The position numbers and the translations under genes are program-made. The notes under the pieces were generated by a model that saw only the letters and a program-made list of their open reading frames with translations, did no database searches and was not told the DNA's origin. Source: Bispira polyomma (Eukaryota). Taken from it: a stretch of DNA of 64,000 nt. This document shows positions 25,701 to 38,810 of the stretch, piece by piece. Positions within the stretch are counted from its first letter, which is position 1; every line of letters starts with the position of its first letter. The stretch covers positions 44,082,001 to 44,146,000 of the forward strand of contig OZ287748.1 of assembly GCA_965649765.1 (NCBI GenBank). The letters are read 5' to 3'.

Positions 25701-25829
25701 GTAAATGTTCAGAGCTATAGAGCATCAGATAGCCTGAATGAGAAAGATAATGAACTATCCAAAGAATGCATTTGCTTACCATATTCTGGTACAGATATGG
25801 TAGAAAATGATATCTACGAAACCAATTGA
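19448..25829 (+). CDS. Unit B: SUEL-like lectin / stalk / TM / ~340-aa Tyr-rich tail receptor (578 aa with the 2490 leader)
   Basis: Exons 19448-19735, 22086-22179, 22393-22574, 24198-24288 (GC donor) and 24806-25829 join in one open frame with phases 1,1,2,1,2. Confidence 0.88.
19976..20170 (+). mobile_element. Degenerate tRNA-derived SINE
   Basis: gtggcttgtggtt A-box, cttgaatccc B-box, and a body resembling the 8020 SINE. Confidence 0.6.
21700..21930 (-). mobile_element. Ngaro/DIRS RNase H fragment
   Basis: Reverse strand reads FFNCLPSYNGTY, NELHLDACLTGLGEVW and MLSILIALK, like the RNase H of the larger copies. Confidence 0.7.
22086..22179 (+). CDS. Unit B linker exon (GMSKKERDIETCDDWITTQTTDSRLASTLTYT)
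   Basis: ttcag| and AC|gtaat; C-x-D-W and the AC|gt end are shared with unit C. Confidence 0.85.
22393..22574 (+). CDS. Unit B Ser/Thr-rich stalk exon
   Basis: ttctag| (tandem tagcag acceptor) and CAA G|gtgagt; open frame, phase 2-1. Confidence 0.85.
22662..23244 (+). mobile_element. Helentron-associated (HINE/DINE-like) element with duplicated 3' part
   Basis: 5' ttatgcccccgg..ggggcat stem, tgtc microsatellite, repeat units related to 52559-53530, 3' gacacat(a)tttttagt present twice. Confidence 0.65.
24198..24288 (+). CDS. Unit B transmembrane exon (EWIIYAAAGGGGAVLLLVVIVSVVFFWLRKR) with GC donor
   Basis: tttgtag| acceptor; AAG AG|gcaagt fits the GC-AG donor consensus and gives the phase 2 needed by 24806. 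Confidence 0.88.
24610..24720 (+). mobile_element. tRNA-derived SINE fragment
   Basis: tggtcttgtgg A-box and ggttcaatccc B-box with tRNA-like spacing. Confidence 0.55.
24806..25829 (+). CDS. Unit B cytoplasmic-tail exon (18 Tyr, two PVVPPK)
   Basis: tttttttcag| acceptor in frame with ORF 24849-25829; acidic, low-complexity composition. Confidence 0.92.
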
Positions 25830-28800
25830 AATAAATGGCTTTCAAATTTCAGTGACATCTGATAATCAGCTATCTATGGATATGTGTGTGTAATTTTGAA
25901 TATAAGTTGTAAAATTTTGAGAGCAATGAAATAAAATGAACAACTCAGGACATTAGATAAACACAAGTGATGGTCCTGATTCATATATAAAAACAGCTTT
26001 TGTACGCTATGTAGTAGTGACATATAATTACTAAACCAGTTTAATGTTTGAAAAGAACATGAGGAGTCTAAATGAAAAGTAAGACAACTGATGCACAGAG
26101 GGCCGATAATAATAGTTATATATAATATAAGAACACTCCACAATGCATTAGACGCTATACAAGTTATTTCATTGAACAACAACTTAATGTTATAATTCTT
26201 AATCTGAGGCTGTATAATTCCCAACAACAGGCATGTAATTTAAAACAGATTCATTGACAGAAGGGAAGACATTTTCATCAGTTTACTGTAGTAACAATTG
26301 TGAGGAAAAACATTTTAGTCTGAAAGTCACAGTATGTGTTATTAATACTGACAAGGCGTTATTTATGTATATGTATGTGAATGTATATGCAGGGGGGGAT
26401 AACATATGCAAGTCACGATTGAGGAAGTAATATAATTTATATTCCCCTGTTTTTGGGCTCTCATATTTCAAGTGCTTATTTAGCCTACTATGATCTTGAG
26501 AGTATTTTGGCCAGACCAAATTTTAAGTGACATTAATCCCAATTTCAAGCTTGCATGAACATTGCAAATACAGCCTACCACATAATAATGCCTCTAAAGA
26601 AAGTCAATAAATCTTCTTTTGGATGTATGAATAAGACAGGTTGTAAACTATCCTATAAAGGATTAAGCAAAGACAAAATACACTATTAGTTGTACTTTTC
26701 CAAGTGAAAATACTTGAATGAAACAGCCAATGCCAGTAAATTGAAAAAAAAAACTATTTTGTGAATACATAGTTTTATGCTTATCAAATGCATAGTTTTA
26801 TTTTTCAATGAAACATAAACAATCACACATTATTTGACATATTTATTTTATAACTACAGATGCAATATATTTTTCATGTTATAAAGATTTACTATGCACG
26901 GCCATAATTCTTTATTTAACATACTGATTTATTAGATTGACTATAAGATTGTACTAAGGCTCTTAATGTTGTATATTACCAAGTAAAATGAGATGACACA
27001 AACAACAGCATTAAACTTTTACAAATCCGTCAGGTTACATAGATCACATTTCTCTGGTTGAGCTTTGATTTTAGAATAGGTTTCTTCAGGTTACAATAAC
27101 AGCGAATTTACAGAGAGAGAATTCTAGCTAATGTTGGGGATCACACTGTGACGGTATGGAGAGGTTGTAAGAAAAATTATGAAAATCTAATGTAGTAGGG
27201 AACCCTATCTATAACTTCCCTTAACTTCAGTTTCCTACCAAAACCTTTTACAGTCAGCCATGCAAAGTGGAGGATTTGGGCATGGTTAAAACTTCCGTCT
27301 ATTTTGAGTATTTTTGTGTTATTACTGTAATAGTATGTACACATGTATGCGGCTTCCGATATACAACTCCCGATTTGCAAAGTACGATTATCGCCCCCCC
27401 CCCTACTCCTAGTAATAGTCTGTTTCTGTCTGTAAAACTTATCTGGATACTTTTCACTCCATATGAGGGAGCATATTTGCCCTCAGATGGATCTTCCGGT
27501 AAGACAGTTGAAAAGACAAGTTATAGTACCGTCTGGTAGTACCTACCATACCTCCACATTGTGAACGGGGCATAACACACTCAGGTATTTTTATGTCAAA
27601 CCAATCTTAACATGAAGGAAGTATGGACATCAAAAATATAATCAAGGGAACAAAAATATATCTTAGGAAACAGTGATCAGGGGAAAATTTCCACACGTCA
27701 TATTGTCTGAAAATATATTGTTCTAAAAATAGAAACAAAAATATTCTCCAACTTGAAAATGGGTGCCTGTAGCCTTCTTTTTTCTTTTTTTTTTTAAATT
27801 TATTTTTGCACATTTAGAAAAAATAACAGAAATAATAACAGAAATAATAATTGTTTACTAACAAGGTCACATAAAGATATATCATTAAAAATTGCTGACT
27901 AAGACCTCTTAACAGTATGCATACAAGACTATGTCATTTTTATTTTTATTTTTTTTTTTTTGGGGGGGTTACATTTTTCTGTAGTCTTATTAAAGGCTCA
28001 CGTGTTGTTGTTTGGTTGGCAGAATTGTCAGACTCATTTGAACATATGTCGAGCACGACAACTTTAGGGGTCTGCTAAATCAGTTCACCATCACAATATA
28101 TATAACCTATTTTTAAAAAAACTATTCTTGTTCTTCACATATCCTTCTCACCTTTCCCAATCAACCAATCGCTAATTAGACCACCCTTAATTGGCTTTTA
28201 GGCCCCCACTTTTGGGTATAATATTGGACCAAACATTCAAAAGGTCAACATTGAATTTATATTTTTATTCCCGCCACCAACCCCTAAGTGCCTCCATTAA
28301 TAAGGTAATTTCATATTTTTAATGCATGGTGAGAATTGACCTTGTTACAGAATGTTGCAGACGGGTGGGTTACATCGTGGCTGTGTGGAGTCGGATCCAG
28401 TTCTTGTTCCCTTCACTGAGTCCAACTATAGTGACCAAGGTTAAAGCAGGGGGCAGGGACTGAACCCTACTCTGCTAGGTCATTAGGTACCATAGGCCTC
28501 GGGTTCCACTGCCTGGCTGCGCAATTCGGTAGGATCATGACTCACAAACTCAACGACTGGGTTAATAAGGCATTCATATGGGACCTCAGGGCTGATGATT
28601 ACGGCTAGCAGTGCCAATCATACTATAAAACTTGCATGTGCATTTGTCCGCTGTCATGGGCTTACTACTGTAACACAGTACCAGTGGTGGTTGTAGCTGT
28701 AAAACTGGAATAATGTACCGGGATAGTCCCATAGATGCACTATAGTCCCTAGTGGTGCTTGAGATATTACACTTTATAATTTTAATTGTTTTAATGTAAC

Positions 28801-28961
28801 GGGCTAGTCCCATTAAATCTTAACTGTGTATCTACTTCCATATGGGTTGTTATGCTTGATATACACTAATTACTTAAAGAAGCACGTACTACTGAAGGTT
28901 TGCTTTGTTGTACTATTTATTGCTCTGTTGTGTTTTCTTTACATGTATGGGTTCATTTAAA

Positions 28962-28996
<35 letters not shown>
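28962..28996. repeat. (ATT)n microsatellite
   Basis: About 11 perfect ATT units. Confidence 0.95.
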
Positions 28997-29739
28997 GCAT
29001 TTTTAACACGCTTTATTGATGCCAGGCTTCTTCTAAAGCGCAACAGCAGAATCAGCGATCCAATCGTAAAGTCCATGGGCATAGCAAGGTCGTAAGGGTA
29101 GGGGAGTTAACAGCTGGTTAATCAACAAGCAACCAGACTCGGTATTAAACCACCAAGTAGCATCCGGCGGCAAGGGGCGCAACTCCCTTTCATTCTTCAC
29201 ATGGTGAAGGGTGCCGTAAAATCTTAGATATCTCTTACAATTTTAAATATTATATATCAACTGTAACATTGTATATAGCTATACTAACTTGTACAGTAAA
29301 ATAAACTCTAAAACAGTATCTTATTATTGTCTTCTATCACCAACCTACTGATACTTACACATACTCCTATCACTAATTTACTGATACTCACACATAGGGA
29401 ACTGTAAATTGCCCTAAGTGAATTGTAATAAAAAGATTAAACAAGAGTTGTCTTTTTAAAAAAGACACAGGCGCACAATACACTATTGTCGCTACATACT
29501 CAGGCAAATCTAAACACCCCTCGGCTGCGCCTGATAATAATTATCTGACACCCCTCACGTTTTGACCCGTCAATTGCTTGCAACCAATCCATGAAGGTCT
29601 TACACATATTATTTTGACTATGACTATTTAATTTTTCAGCTAATGTAATTGTTCAGCTGAACTCTTTCTCTAGATTTCAAATAGGTAGAGGTATATGGAA
29701 ATTTAAAATAGTTTAATACATAGTCCCCATATGTAGACT

Positions 29740-31900
29740 AGATTACCTTGAATATATAAATAATAATATTAGTTTGCAATTAGTTATTGACGATGATACT
29801 TTTTTGGAAGTCCTATATTTAAGAATAAGAGGGGAATCATAAAATATTTTCATCTACATAAAGAAGTTACAAGTAAAAGGAAATTCTTTAAAACTAGACA
29901 TAGAATATTCAGAAGCCAGTGAAAGTGCTTCACTATATAACCAACAAATTTTAAATGATAAAAACAAGAACTGGAAAAAATAAGAGAAGAAAAAATTAAA
30001 GGACATATGGTATAGTCTCCTATACGGAAGCCTATAAGGCTCACATGAGTAAAAAAAAAAAAAAATTCAAAAGTCGTAATAACGACTCATGTCGTAAGTA
30101 GTAATTATATATAGTAAGTAGTAATTATATATAGTAAGTTATAATTATATAGTAAGTCGTAATTACCACATAGTGAGTCGTAATTACAACATAGTAAATC
30201 ATAATAACGACATACCATAAGTCATAATTACAACTTATGCAATTTTTTTACTTTACTCGTGTGGCCCTTATAAGCTTTTGTAATCATGTAAAATGGCTGT
30301 TGATCCTAATCAACTTCGAAAAGGCATTCAATTTGCTCTCTAGGCCATTTCTGTATAAAGTGCTCTCTTATTTAGGATGTGACCACACTCTTATAAACTG
30401 GATTCAAAATAAACTTGTTGAGTTTGTAACTGACACCACACTGATACTAGATGGCACTCCTTACATGCAGCATTGAATGCTTGGAAAATTATGGGGCATT
30501 ATCAGATTTAAAAAGAAATATTTATGAGACAAAAGGTATATGGATAGGTTAGAAAAAGCATTTGGAAGATATATTAAAAGTATCAGTTAAACAAAATTTG
30601 GGTGAAGTAGAGGTTAAACTACTAGGGTTATATTTCTCAACTGATCTTAAACACACACCAAATTTAAACCCCTCTGTAGCTTTTTACAAAGTTAATTCAA
30701 TAATTAGATTAGGGAAAACCCAAACACAACTACCCCAGTTTAATCATTTGTTTTCTTCCGTCTTAGCACCTATGAAATCCTTGCCTTAATTAAGAGCATA
30801 TTTTTCTGGTTCATGTGGATGAAAAATCAGTTAAAATCCACTGAGAAACAATTATTTGTGACCTAAAATTGGGCGATTTAAAAATGGTGAGTATCTAACT
30901 TTCAAAATTCTCTAAAATTAGGTTAGGTAAAAAAATAGTTGCCCAGTATGTAGGTACTGCTTCACCATTGTATGAAGTTTTACTATCAACAGTAGGTGTT
31001 CTTTATAAAATGACCAAACATGTGATACAAAAACTAGACAACCCATTTTGGAAGCACGTCTTCACCCAATGAGTAGATTTTTGTTCCAAACAAATTCCAG
31101 AAAATAACATTCTGCAGTCCTCTTTGTGGTGTAATCGTCTGATATCACGTGATACATTGTACTTTCCTAATTGGCAGAAAAAGAAATTCAGATTGTTAGT
31201 GATGTAGTAAATGAATCTGATGTAATGTTAATGCATGAACAATTAAATTAAAAATTGAAAACAATCCATTTAACTACAATAGAATTACAGTATTAGTAAG
31301 AAAATGTATCAGATAATATAAAAAAGTAAATGACTTTACTCTTTAAGCGTCCGTCATATGTTAAAACATATTATATATTCAAAGAAAGTCCAGGCCTGTG
31401 GCAAATAAGTTTAAATACATCAATTAATGACGAACACTGGGTCAATGTATATAAAGCTTGCTTTCAAGCATCATCATCAGATAACCAGGGTAAATGGTTT
31501 AAATATAGAGTGTTGCACCAAATCTTTGTCACGAGAGACTTTTTATATCAAATTAGACAGGCTGAAATAAACGACTGCCACTTGTGTAATGGTTTTCCCG
31601 AAAAAAGTAAAAAATTTACTGTCAGAATCTGTGAAAACCAATGATTTGTTTTCTGTTATTTGTCAATTGTTAAAAAATTAATTAATTTTTATGTACCAGT
31701 TACAAAACAATTATAAATATTAGGCTACAAGATCCAACCAAGATCAAAATTTTGTACCACTGAATTTAATATTATTGTATATATTTTGGTGTGCAAAAAA
31801 TCATGCTTTAAACTTTTATATTCTGCAAAACATGTTAGAAGTAAAATATACAAAAGAGGTAAGCTCAGCAAAGCTTGAAAGTTTAAGTACAAGCTTTAAC
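29740..31900 (+). mobile_element. L1/Tx1-clade LINE ORF2 remnant
   Basis: LLILINFEKAFN (DFEKAFD-like), FVTDTTLILDG (FADD-like), KLLGLYF and a zf-RVT-like KWFKYRVLH..CHLC. Many stops. Confidence 0.8.
30025..30280. mobile_element. TA-flanked MITE with internal ~21-bp tandem repeats, inserted in the L1/Tx1 remnant
   Basis: TA|cggaagcctataaggctcacatgagtaaa ... tttactcgtgtggcccttataagcttttg|TA; repeats of agtaagtcgtaattatatat. Confidence 0.8.
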
Positions 31901-32779
31901 TGTACTTGGAATATTTGGAAGTAAGTAATAATGAACTATTGAGAAATGTTACTCAACATATAATGTTAGCTAACAAACTGATCTTCTTAATCTACTCATG
32001 TGTCAACATAGTTGTATCTATTCTATATAATGTACATGTAGCTAACATAACTGTCAATTATTATTACCAAAAACATCAGTGGGTGCATAAATTTTATACT
32101 TTTATACATTTCAGCTGTTGTTAGAAAAAACAAGTAGTCAGTAATAAGACACCTAAATTCTTTCTTGGAGAGAGTCAATAAATTTTTACATACGTTATCT
32201 GGTATATCTATGTTAGTTTATACACAGGTTTAATAATGTCAGAACTTTGATAAGAAAGTACCTAGCTGCCGGGGCAACTTCCAGCCAAGTATATGTAAAT
32301 TGCAGAGATGTAAAAAAAAGATCAAGATGCATTACCACAGATAAAAATAATATCTTTAATTGTAATCACTACTAAAAAGCACATAAATCACCCCGTATAA
32401 CAAATATAAATCACAAATAAAATGAGTGTAAATATAGACACATATAGGCGAAAAAGTCTCACATAAATAAGTTACATTGTAATCACTACTAAAAAGCATA
32501 TATATCAGTAAGTTTTTATCAATCCCTGATTTTTTTCAGTAGGGGAGAAACATAAGCGGGGTGTTGTAATTATAAAGTCTTTACCACTTGATGAATAAAT
32601 GCTCAAACAATTGTTCTGGGAATAAATAGGTGTTGCTAAAAGGGACCAGTCATCTTCTTCATCGATCATCTATCTTCTTTTTTATAGGCCACAGATGATG
32701 TCATTCTGCCATATAATTGCTTCCAATGGAGAATTATAGTAGTGCTTTAGGTATAATCTCTGCTTCTTGGCCATCTTGG

Positions 32780-33980
32780 TGTATGCGTAGATGGTACTAG
32801 CAGGCACTGGCTATATGACTACTGTATGAGTTGTCTTAGTTGAAGACAACACCAAGGTTCTTTACCTTACTTGATGGTGACATATTACTGTCAAGGAGAT
32901 TGATCGGGAAGAATGGTTTGAAACTGTCTTGAGTAGCATTGCAGACACTTTCCATCCATTTTTGCACAGCCTAAAGGCATTTGCAAACTCTGATATGCTT
33001 GAGTCAAGGTTTGTTGCATCTAGTTCTAAATATGTTTCTCTGTCGTCAGCATACAGGTGATGAGTAAAGTTAAACTGAGAGATTATTTTTCTGAGGGGAG
33101 TGGTGTACACAGTGAAGAGGAGAGGGTCTAATACAAAACCTTGTGGGACACCATGGGGGAGTAAGAAAGCTTCTAAATTTTTCATCAATTATGATTTTGT
33201 TTTTACTTTTTATTATGTAAATAGGACCAGATCCAACTGGACGGTGCCATCAAGGCCAAACCAATCAGTCACACAATTAAAGAAGATAATATGGTCAATA
33301 GTATTAAAGGCAGCAGACAGGTCAAACAGTGTGAGTGCTACTTCTCTGCCATTGTCAACAGAAGCAAAAATATCATTTTGAAAAACTTTCAACAGGGCGA
33401 TTTCAGTTGACTGGTGGCATCTGTATGCTGAATGATGTGTATTTAAGGTCCCTTTATGGGCCATGAGGTCATTTAACTGCTTTGCCACTGTTTCTCAATA
33501 AATTTAGAGACATACCTAAAATTGAACACAAGTCTATAATTGTTCAGGATATTTGTCAAGGCTGGATTTTTTAAGAAGTGGAGAAACATATGCAGTTTTA
33601 AAACAAGATGGAAAAATGCCTTCCAAGAGCAAGAAATTTGCAATACTGCTAATGGGTGTGATAAGGATGTCAGTATATCCCTTTACCAAAGATGTTGGGA
33701 TTGGATCCAGATCGCAGGACTTATTTGGGAGGATCAAATAGTCTTAAGGATTTCTTCTTCGGACATAGTCCGGAAGTAGGTTAAAGTGTAGCATATGGTT
33801 GTTAAAGATTTACTCTAAGAAAAATTTACCAAAACTATTCGCCAAGTCTGCCACTAATTTGCAGTCAGGTAATATAACCATTGAAGCCTTGTGGAGTATT
33901 TTTTATATCTTTGGGTTATCACGGTTTTCACTGACAAGCTTAGTGTAATGGCTATGTTTGCTGAGTTCCATATCAGTTCC
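32780..33980 (-). mobile_element. CR1/L2 LINE, RT half
   Basis: [42 protein letters not shown] and HLYADD. Confidence 0.9.
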
Positions 33981-33989
33981 CTATGTGAA

Positions 33990-36900
33990 GTGGAAGTGAA
34001 AAAGGAAGGAGAAAGAAAAAGCTTCTAATTTGCGTTTCATTTTCTGTACATGTTAGTGGGTATATACAGGTTAAAGTATATTAAAATATTGTAAAATGAT
34101 ATTTTAAAATGAGCCCAAACCCAACCAAAAAGAGGATGGTACTATAGTGGAGAAAGTAGAAGGGACTACAGCACCAGCTTAAGATGTGGATTGCAAATAA
34201 GTCAACACAGCGGAACTAGGCCAAAGGACATGTGACATAATGTTTTAAAGTATTTGAAAGCTGCTGTAGCGCCCGATCTGCAAAAAATATGGAAACCATG
34301 GAATGAGGGATCAATTCCAAGGTGCTGGAGAATTTGTCTAAGTGCAGACCGGACGTGTGAATCCACTATTGGATGGTGTGGTAAAGTGGCACAAGTGAAA
34401 AGTGGGGCAGAAGGTGAAGAGTGTCTAGAAGTAATAAGCGTAGATAGGGCATTCACAGGACACATGTGAGGAACTGTTGGAAGTTGAATAACATGTGATG
34501 TAATTGAGGTCTTGAGGTTTTTGGCCCATTTAGTGATGATGTCAGCACCTGGAGGACCAAAGATTACATCTTGTTATAACAAATGCCTGGTTGGGTCCAA
34601 TCTGGACCTCGAGTGAGGTGCAATGTTGGACATTCTTAGGAAGCCATAGAACGCTAACAAGAAAATGGACCTATATAATATTGGGTCTGGTAAGATTTGA
34701 CATGCTAGTGATATCATAGAAATGTGTTTGATAGTAAAGACCCCTTTTGGTATGGGCCTAAATTCAGAGTTGTGTTTCATACTCCTGATGAAAAATGAGA
34801 TGGCATTGTGATGAAATATATCAGGCAGTATGTTATATTTCTGTGTCATGAACTTTAATGCTGCCAGATACTTCTTTACTACTTTTGGTAACAAATTGCT
34901 CTGTACCAAATATTCCATAAATGCCAAAATGGAATGAACAGATATTTCTTGAATTTTACATAATGATGGAAAGCAAGGAATGTCTTGAACTGTTAAGTAT
35001 AGGCCGAGGTTGTTGAAGGCCTGAGTTCTGACTGTAACCCTTGGATGGCAGCGTTCCCCAGAGAAGAAGATGTCACTGTGGAACCTGCAATTATATATGA
35101 GAATCCAAGTTATGGTACTGAATAGGAACACATCTGCGTATGTATTTGTTAAGAGAACGAAATATGTCCTGGTTGGGCGGATGCTCTGAGTATATGCGTG
35201 ATAACGCGTCAGCCTGTACATTGGCCTCACCCTTAATTTGTTGAATTTTTATAGTTATGTCGTGTGTGGCGCTAATCAGGCAAATATTTTCCGGTCTTGA
35301 TGACCAATACAACTGCCTTATTGTCACAAATAATGGTAACTTGGTGGTGTTCCCAATCCTTACCCCATACCCTTAGTGCAATGACTACATAAAGCATTTC
35401 GAGTAATGGCTAATCTCTGACCATAAATATCCAAAACTGAAGTAAAGTAGACCTCTTGTCCCCGTATGGCACCTATACCTGTGAGTCAAGCATCTAAGTG
35501 AAATTCCTCATTTGCCCTTATATTCTGTGGGTTGTAGTATGTAATGCCGTTATAAGTGGGTAAGAACTGGATGAACCAGTCTAGGTCTTTCTTTTCTATT
35601 GTCTGTAACTGATGAACCAGTCTAGGTCTTTCTTTTCTATTGTCTGTTCTGAATCTGCTTACAATTATCTACTTTCACTGCATGAGAAACGTTGTTATTA
35701 TCTCCATCTGATTTACACAGTTCTATATTTACGTCTATTATGTCTCTACTGCTGCTACATTGACTACTTTTAAATTGTTCACAAATGTCTACTTCAATTA
35801 TATGAGAAATGTTGTTATTATCTCTATTTACATTACATATTTCTATATCTATGTCTCCTATGTCTCTGTTACCATTAAGTTGACTGTCAGTTGCACATGG
35901 TGGACAACCTCCATCCTGGCTGCCAGGTTTGGCGTTGGCACTGTTGGCTTTCAAACATTTAAATTCGGGGTGGTTATTTTCTTTATTCAACACTTTATAA
36001 CAATATGAACAGTGGTGCTTATACTGACTGTGGTCACTCTCGTGACTGCATGAACCATTGTTGAAATACTTGCATATGATCTTGCCTTTGTGTTGGTTTT
36101 GAGGAGTATGTGTGAAGTGGCCATTCACAAGTGCCATCTGCAACATACTTAGGCGATTCAACGCCCATTGCATTTGGTTAGACCAGTCCAGCCTACCTTC
36201 TTCAACCTCTTACATGTTGTGTCCCCATGCTGCGCAGACTGTTGGCCAAGGAAGTACGTGTGAATCTCGCAACGTGTAAATCATCTGGTTCAACATACCT
36301 TTCATCGCAGTGATGTCAGTTGTCTGCACTGCATTGGCAAGCTGGCCGGCAGCCCACTAAGATAACGACAACTCATCAAATTGAGTTTTCTTACGCGCTG
36401 TGCCTCCAATCCAGACTTTGTTGGGCCACCTACATTGGGGTTCTGCCTTGCAAATATCTGTGGTGTTGTATCTACCTGACTTTAGCCTAGAGTGTAGCTT
36501 ACCTTGTGCAAGGTCCTTATGATAACGCGTATCATATGCTGCAAGTTGCAGGTTGGCGGCTGCATTCATGTCTGGCAAGTTTGCAGTACATCCACACGTA
36601 GGACGATTCCAACTCGCTGGTACTCTTGGCCGGCTGCAATTCCCGGACATTGGTGTAAGATTGGCTAAGCCGTCGGGCTGAGCAGTCAGGCTGAGCCGTC
36701 AGGTCGCCCACCTTGGTGTGTATGTTCTGACGATGCAGATCGACAATGGACTTGTTCAGTAGGATACTTGGTGACGCTAGAGGTGTAGAATTGCCTCTGG
36801 CTTCTACCCAGTCAAGCCGTCGGTTCATCTCTAGATTAGCTGTCTCCAAACGCTAGAGAATGGCAAACATGGCACTGTCCAGATTGTTACTGGGATTTGT

Positions 36901-37480
36901 TTTAGATAATGGTACCTATAAGTTCTGAACTACCGAGTCCGGACGAGCTGATACTGCACTTCTCTTTTGACAGAAGCCTGTTCTTTGATGGAACACTAGC
37001 TGGCGTTTTTGTACTCTTAGTACGTCCTATGATGATGACTTATATGAACAAAGCGTGTATATCTTATTAAAAACAAACGAACAACTAAAAACTATGTAAA
37101 AACGCTTAAGCAAAATCATAAAATAGTAAATATATAATACAAATGTTTTACACGTGTTTACTATTGTCTTGCTGGGTTTAAAATGGCAGAACTACAAATG
37201 GGGGGCTACTAAAAAATGGTTTGTCAAGCTCTTATTGGTTGACACTTTAGTGTGGATAGACAGAGTGTAATAACAAGAATAGTTTTATGAAGTGTGTTTT
37301 TGGAACTGACACAGCAGCCCCCTGAAGCGGTCTCGCTAGTAAGATTATAGCGGTTTCCTGCAGCTCCGTACCTGCTCGAGTTTATGCTGGACATATATTG
37401 ACTCCAGGTGCATTCCAGTGCACGCTTGAGGCTTTTATAAGCCAGGATTTCCTTGTTTAGGAAACCAGTATGTGGGTGTT
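33990..37480 (-). mobile_element. Ngaro/DIRS-type retrotransposon copy 2 (gag, RNase H, tyrosine recombinase; RT deleted), nested in the CR1/L2
   Basis: Gag KSGRYNTTD..RWP..FDELSL; CCCH finger CKYFNNGSC..H..HHCSYC..H; RNase H NVQADALSR; recombinase FYGFLRMSN, CPVNAL, FHIFCRSGA. Ends approximate. Confidence 0.9.
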
Positions 37481-37739
37481 GAGGAATTTTTATTTTGTTG
37501 GCTGGTGTGTGCCTATCAGGTAGGTATCTGAGGGTGTTAAAGTACTGATGACTGGCAGTTTTGTGTGGGCACTAAATGAGGTCAGAGTTTATAATGTCAG
37601 CCTTAAAATCCTGAACATATATTTTGTTTGGCTTACATATTTTTATATGTCTTTAGTTACATGCAGCTCTGAAAAATGTGCAGTTGGAACTATTGCAAGG
37701 TTATCTTATAGGCCACTACTGACATTGGGACTAATGGCA

Positions 37740-38500
37740 GAAGAGAAGATTTACTGACACACAGCACATCTAGGGTGTGACCATGTATGTGGGGGGCTTT
37801 TCGATGAGCTGGGTGTAATCAAACTGTGATAAAATATCAGTGAAATTTGTAGACTATCTATCCTATGAATCCATATAAAAATTTAAATCTCCGCAAATGA
37901 CATTTTTATGACCAGATAGGGCAGCAGCCTACATGAAGACAGTGAAATTCTCCATAAACTGGTACTTTAAAGCACCAGAGAGTCTGTAGCAGACGTTGAA
38001 ACTAGATTTTGATAATTTTCAATGGAAATATTTACGGTTGTGTGTTCGTATGAGTTGAATAAGCTGGAGAGGGTTGTTTTGTAGTATAAAAACTCCCCCG
38101 CCCCTCTTTACAGTGCTAGGAAGGTGGGTAAAGTTGAAGCCAGGGGGAGTAATTTCCATTATAAAACTGGCAGTGTCAGATGGTCTAAGCCATGTTTCGG
38201 TGACAGCGACAATGTCAAGCTTAAAATGTTTGTTTGGGCAAAGTCGCAAAAAGCAGCACCCTTATTTCTGATCGATCTAACATTTATGAGACAGTTATTC
38301 AGATTGGATGTATTGGGCCCGTGGTTGACAGAGACATCTCTTGAGAGTATCCGTGGCATGGAGACCCAGGTGTTAACATTCGATAGGTATGGGTTACTCT
38401 GCGGCGGTGGCTTTAAAAAGCAAGGAAGACAGTATTAAGCTTGTTTGCACTGCGGTGGATACTGGAGTCTGTGCTGAAAGTACATTCCAAGAAATCCTGA
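37740..38500 (-). mobile_element. CR1/L2 LINE, AP-endonuclease half
   Basis: LINVRSIRNK, VAVTETWL, RGGGV and ICGDLN motifs; continues the 32780-33980 element across the nested retroelement. Confidence 0.88.
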
Positions 38501-38637
38501 TAGGGTAATGGGTTTTGTTTACCCATGAGGGCCATGAAAAGGCACCGAAAAGTGCATTATCTAATCAGAAACAATGATGCTATAATATGTGTATATAGTA
38601 AATTGATCTTGTGGTTAATTGATTGAGTGTTGGATAC

Positions 38638-38810
38638 CAGGCATGGGGTATTCGTATTCTGCATTCGTATTCAAATGCATTTAAATACATTTTTTGAAGC
38701 ATTCCTATTCGTATTCACATACATTTCTATTTTTGGCAAAGTATTCGCATTCGTATTCGAATACTTTGCTAATGTATTTGTATTTATGAATACTTTCATG
38801 AATACATTTT
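38638..38810. repeat. (GTATTC/GTATTT)-rich end of a hAT-like non-autonomous element
   Basis: caggcatggggtattcgtattc start with repeated gtatt(c/t) and inverted (g/a)aatac units. Matching other end not found. Confidence 0.5.

Noticed and set aside
24903-25845. Overlapping and antisense ORFs within the B tail (also 42764-43063 in D)
   Set aside because: Shadows of the real coding frame with no independent features.
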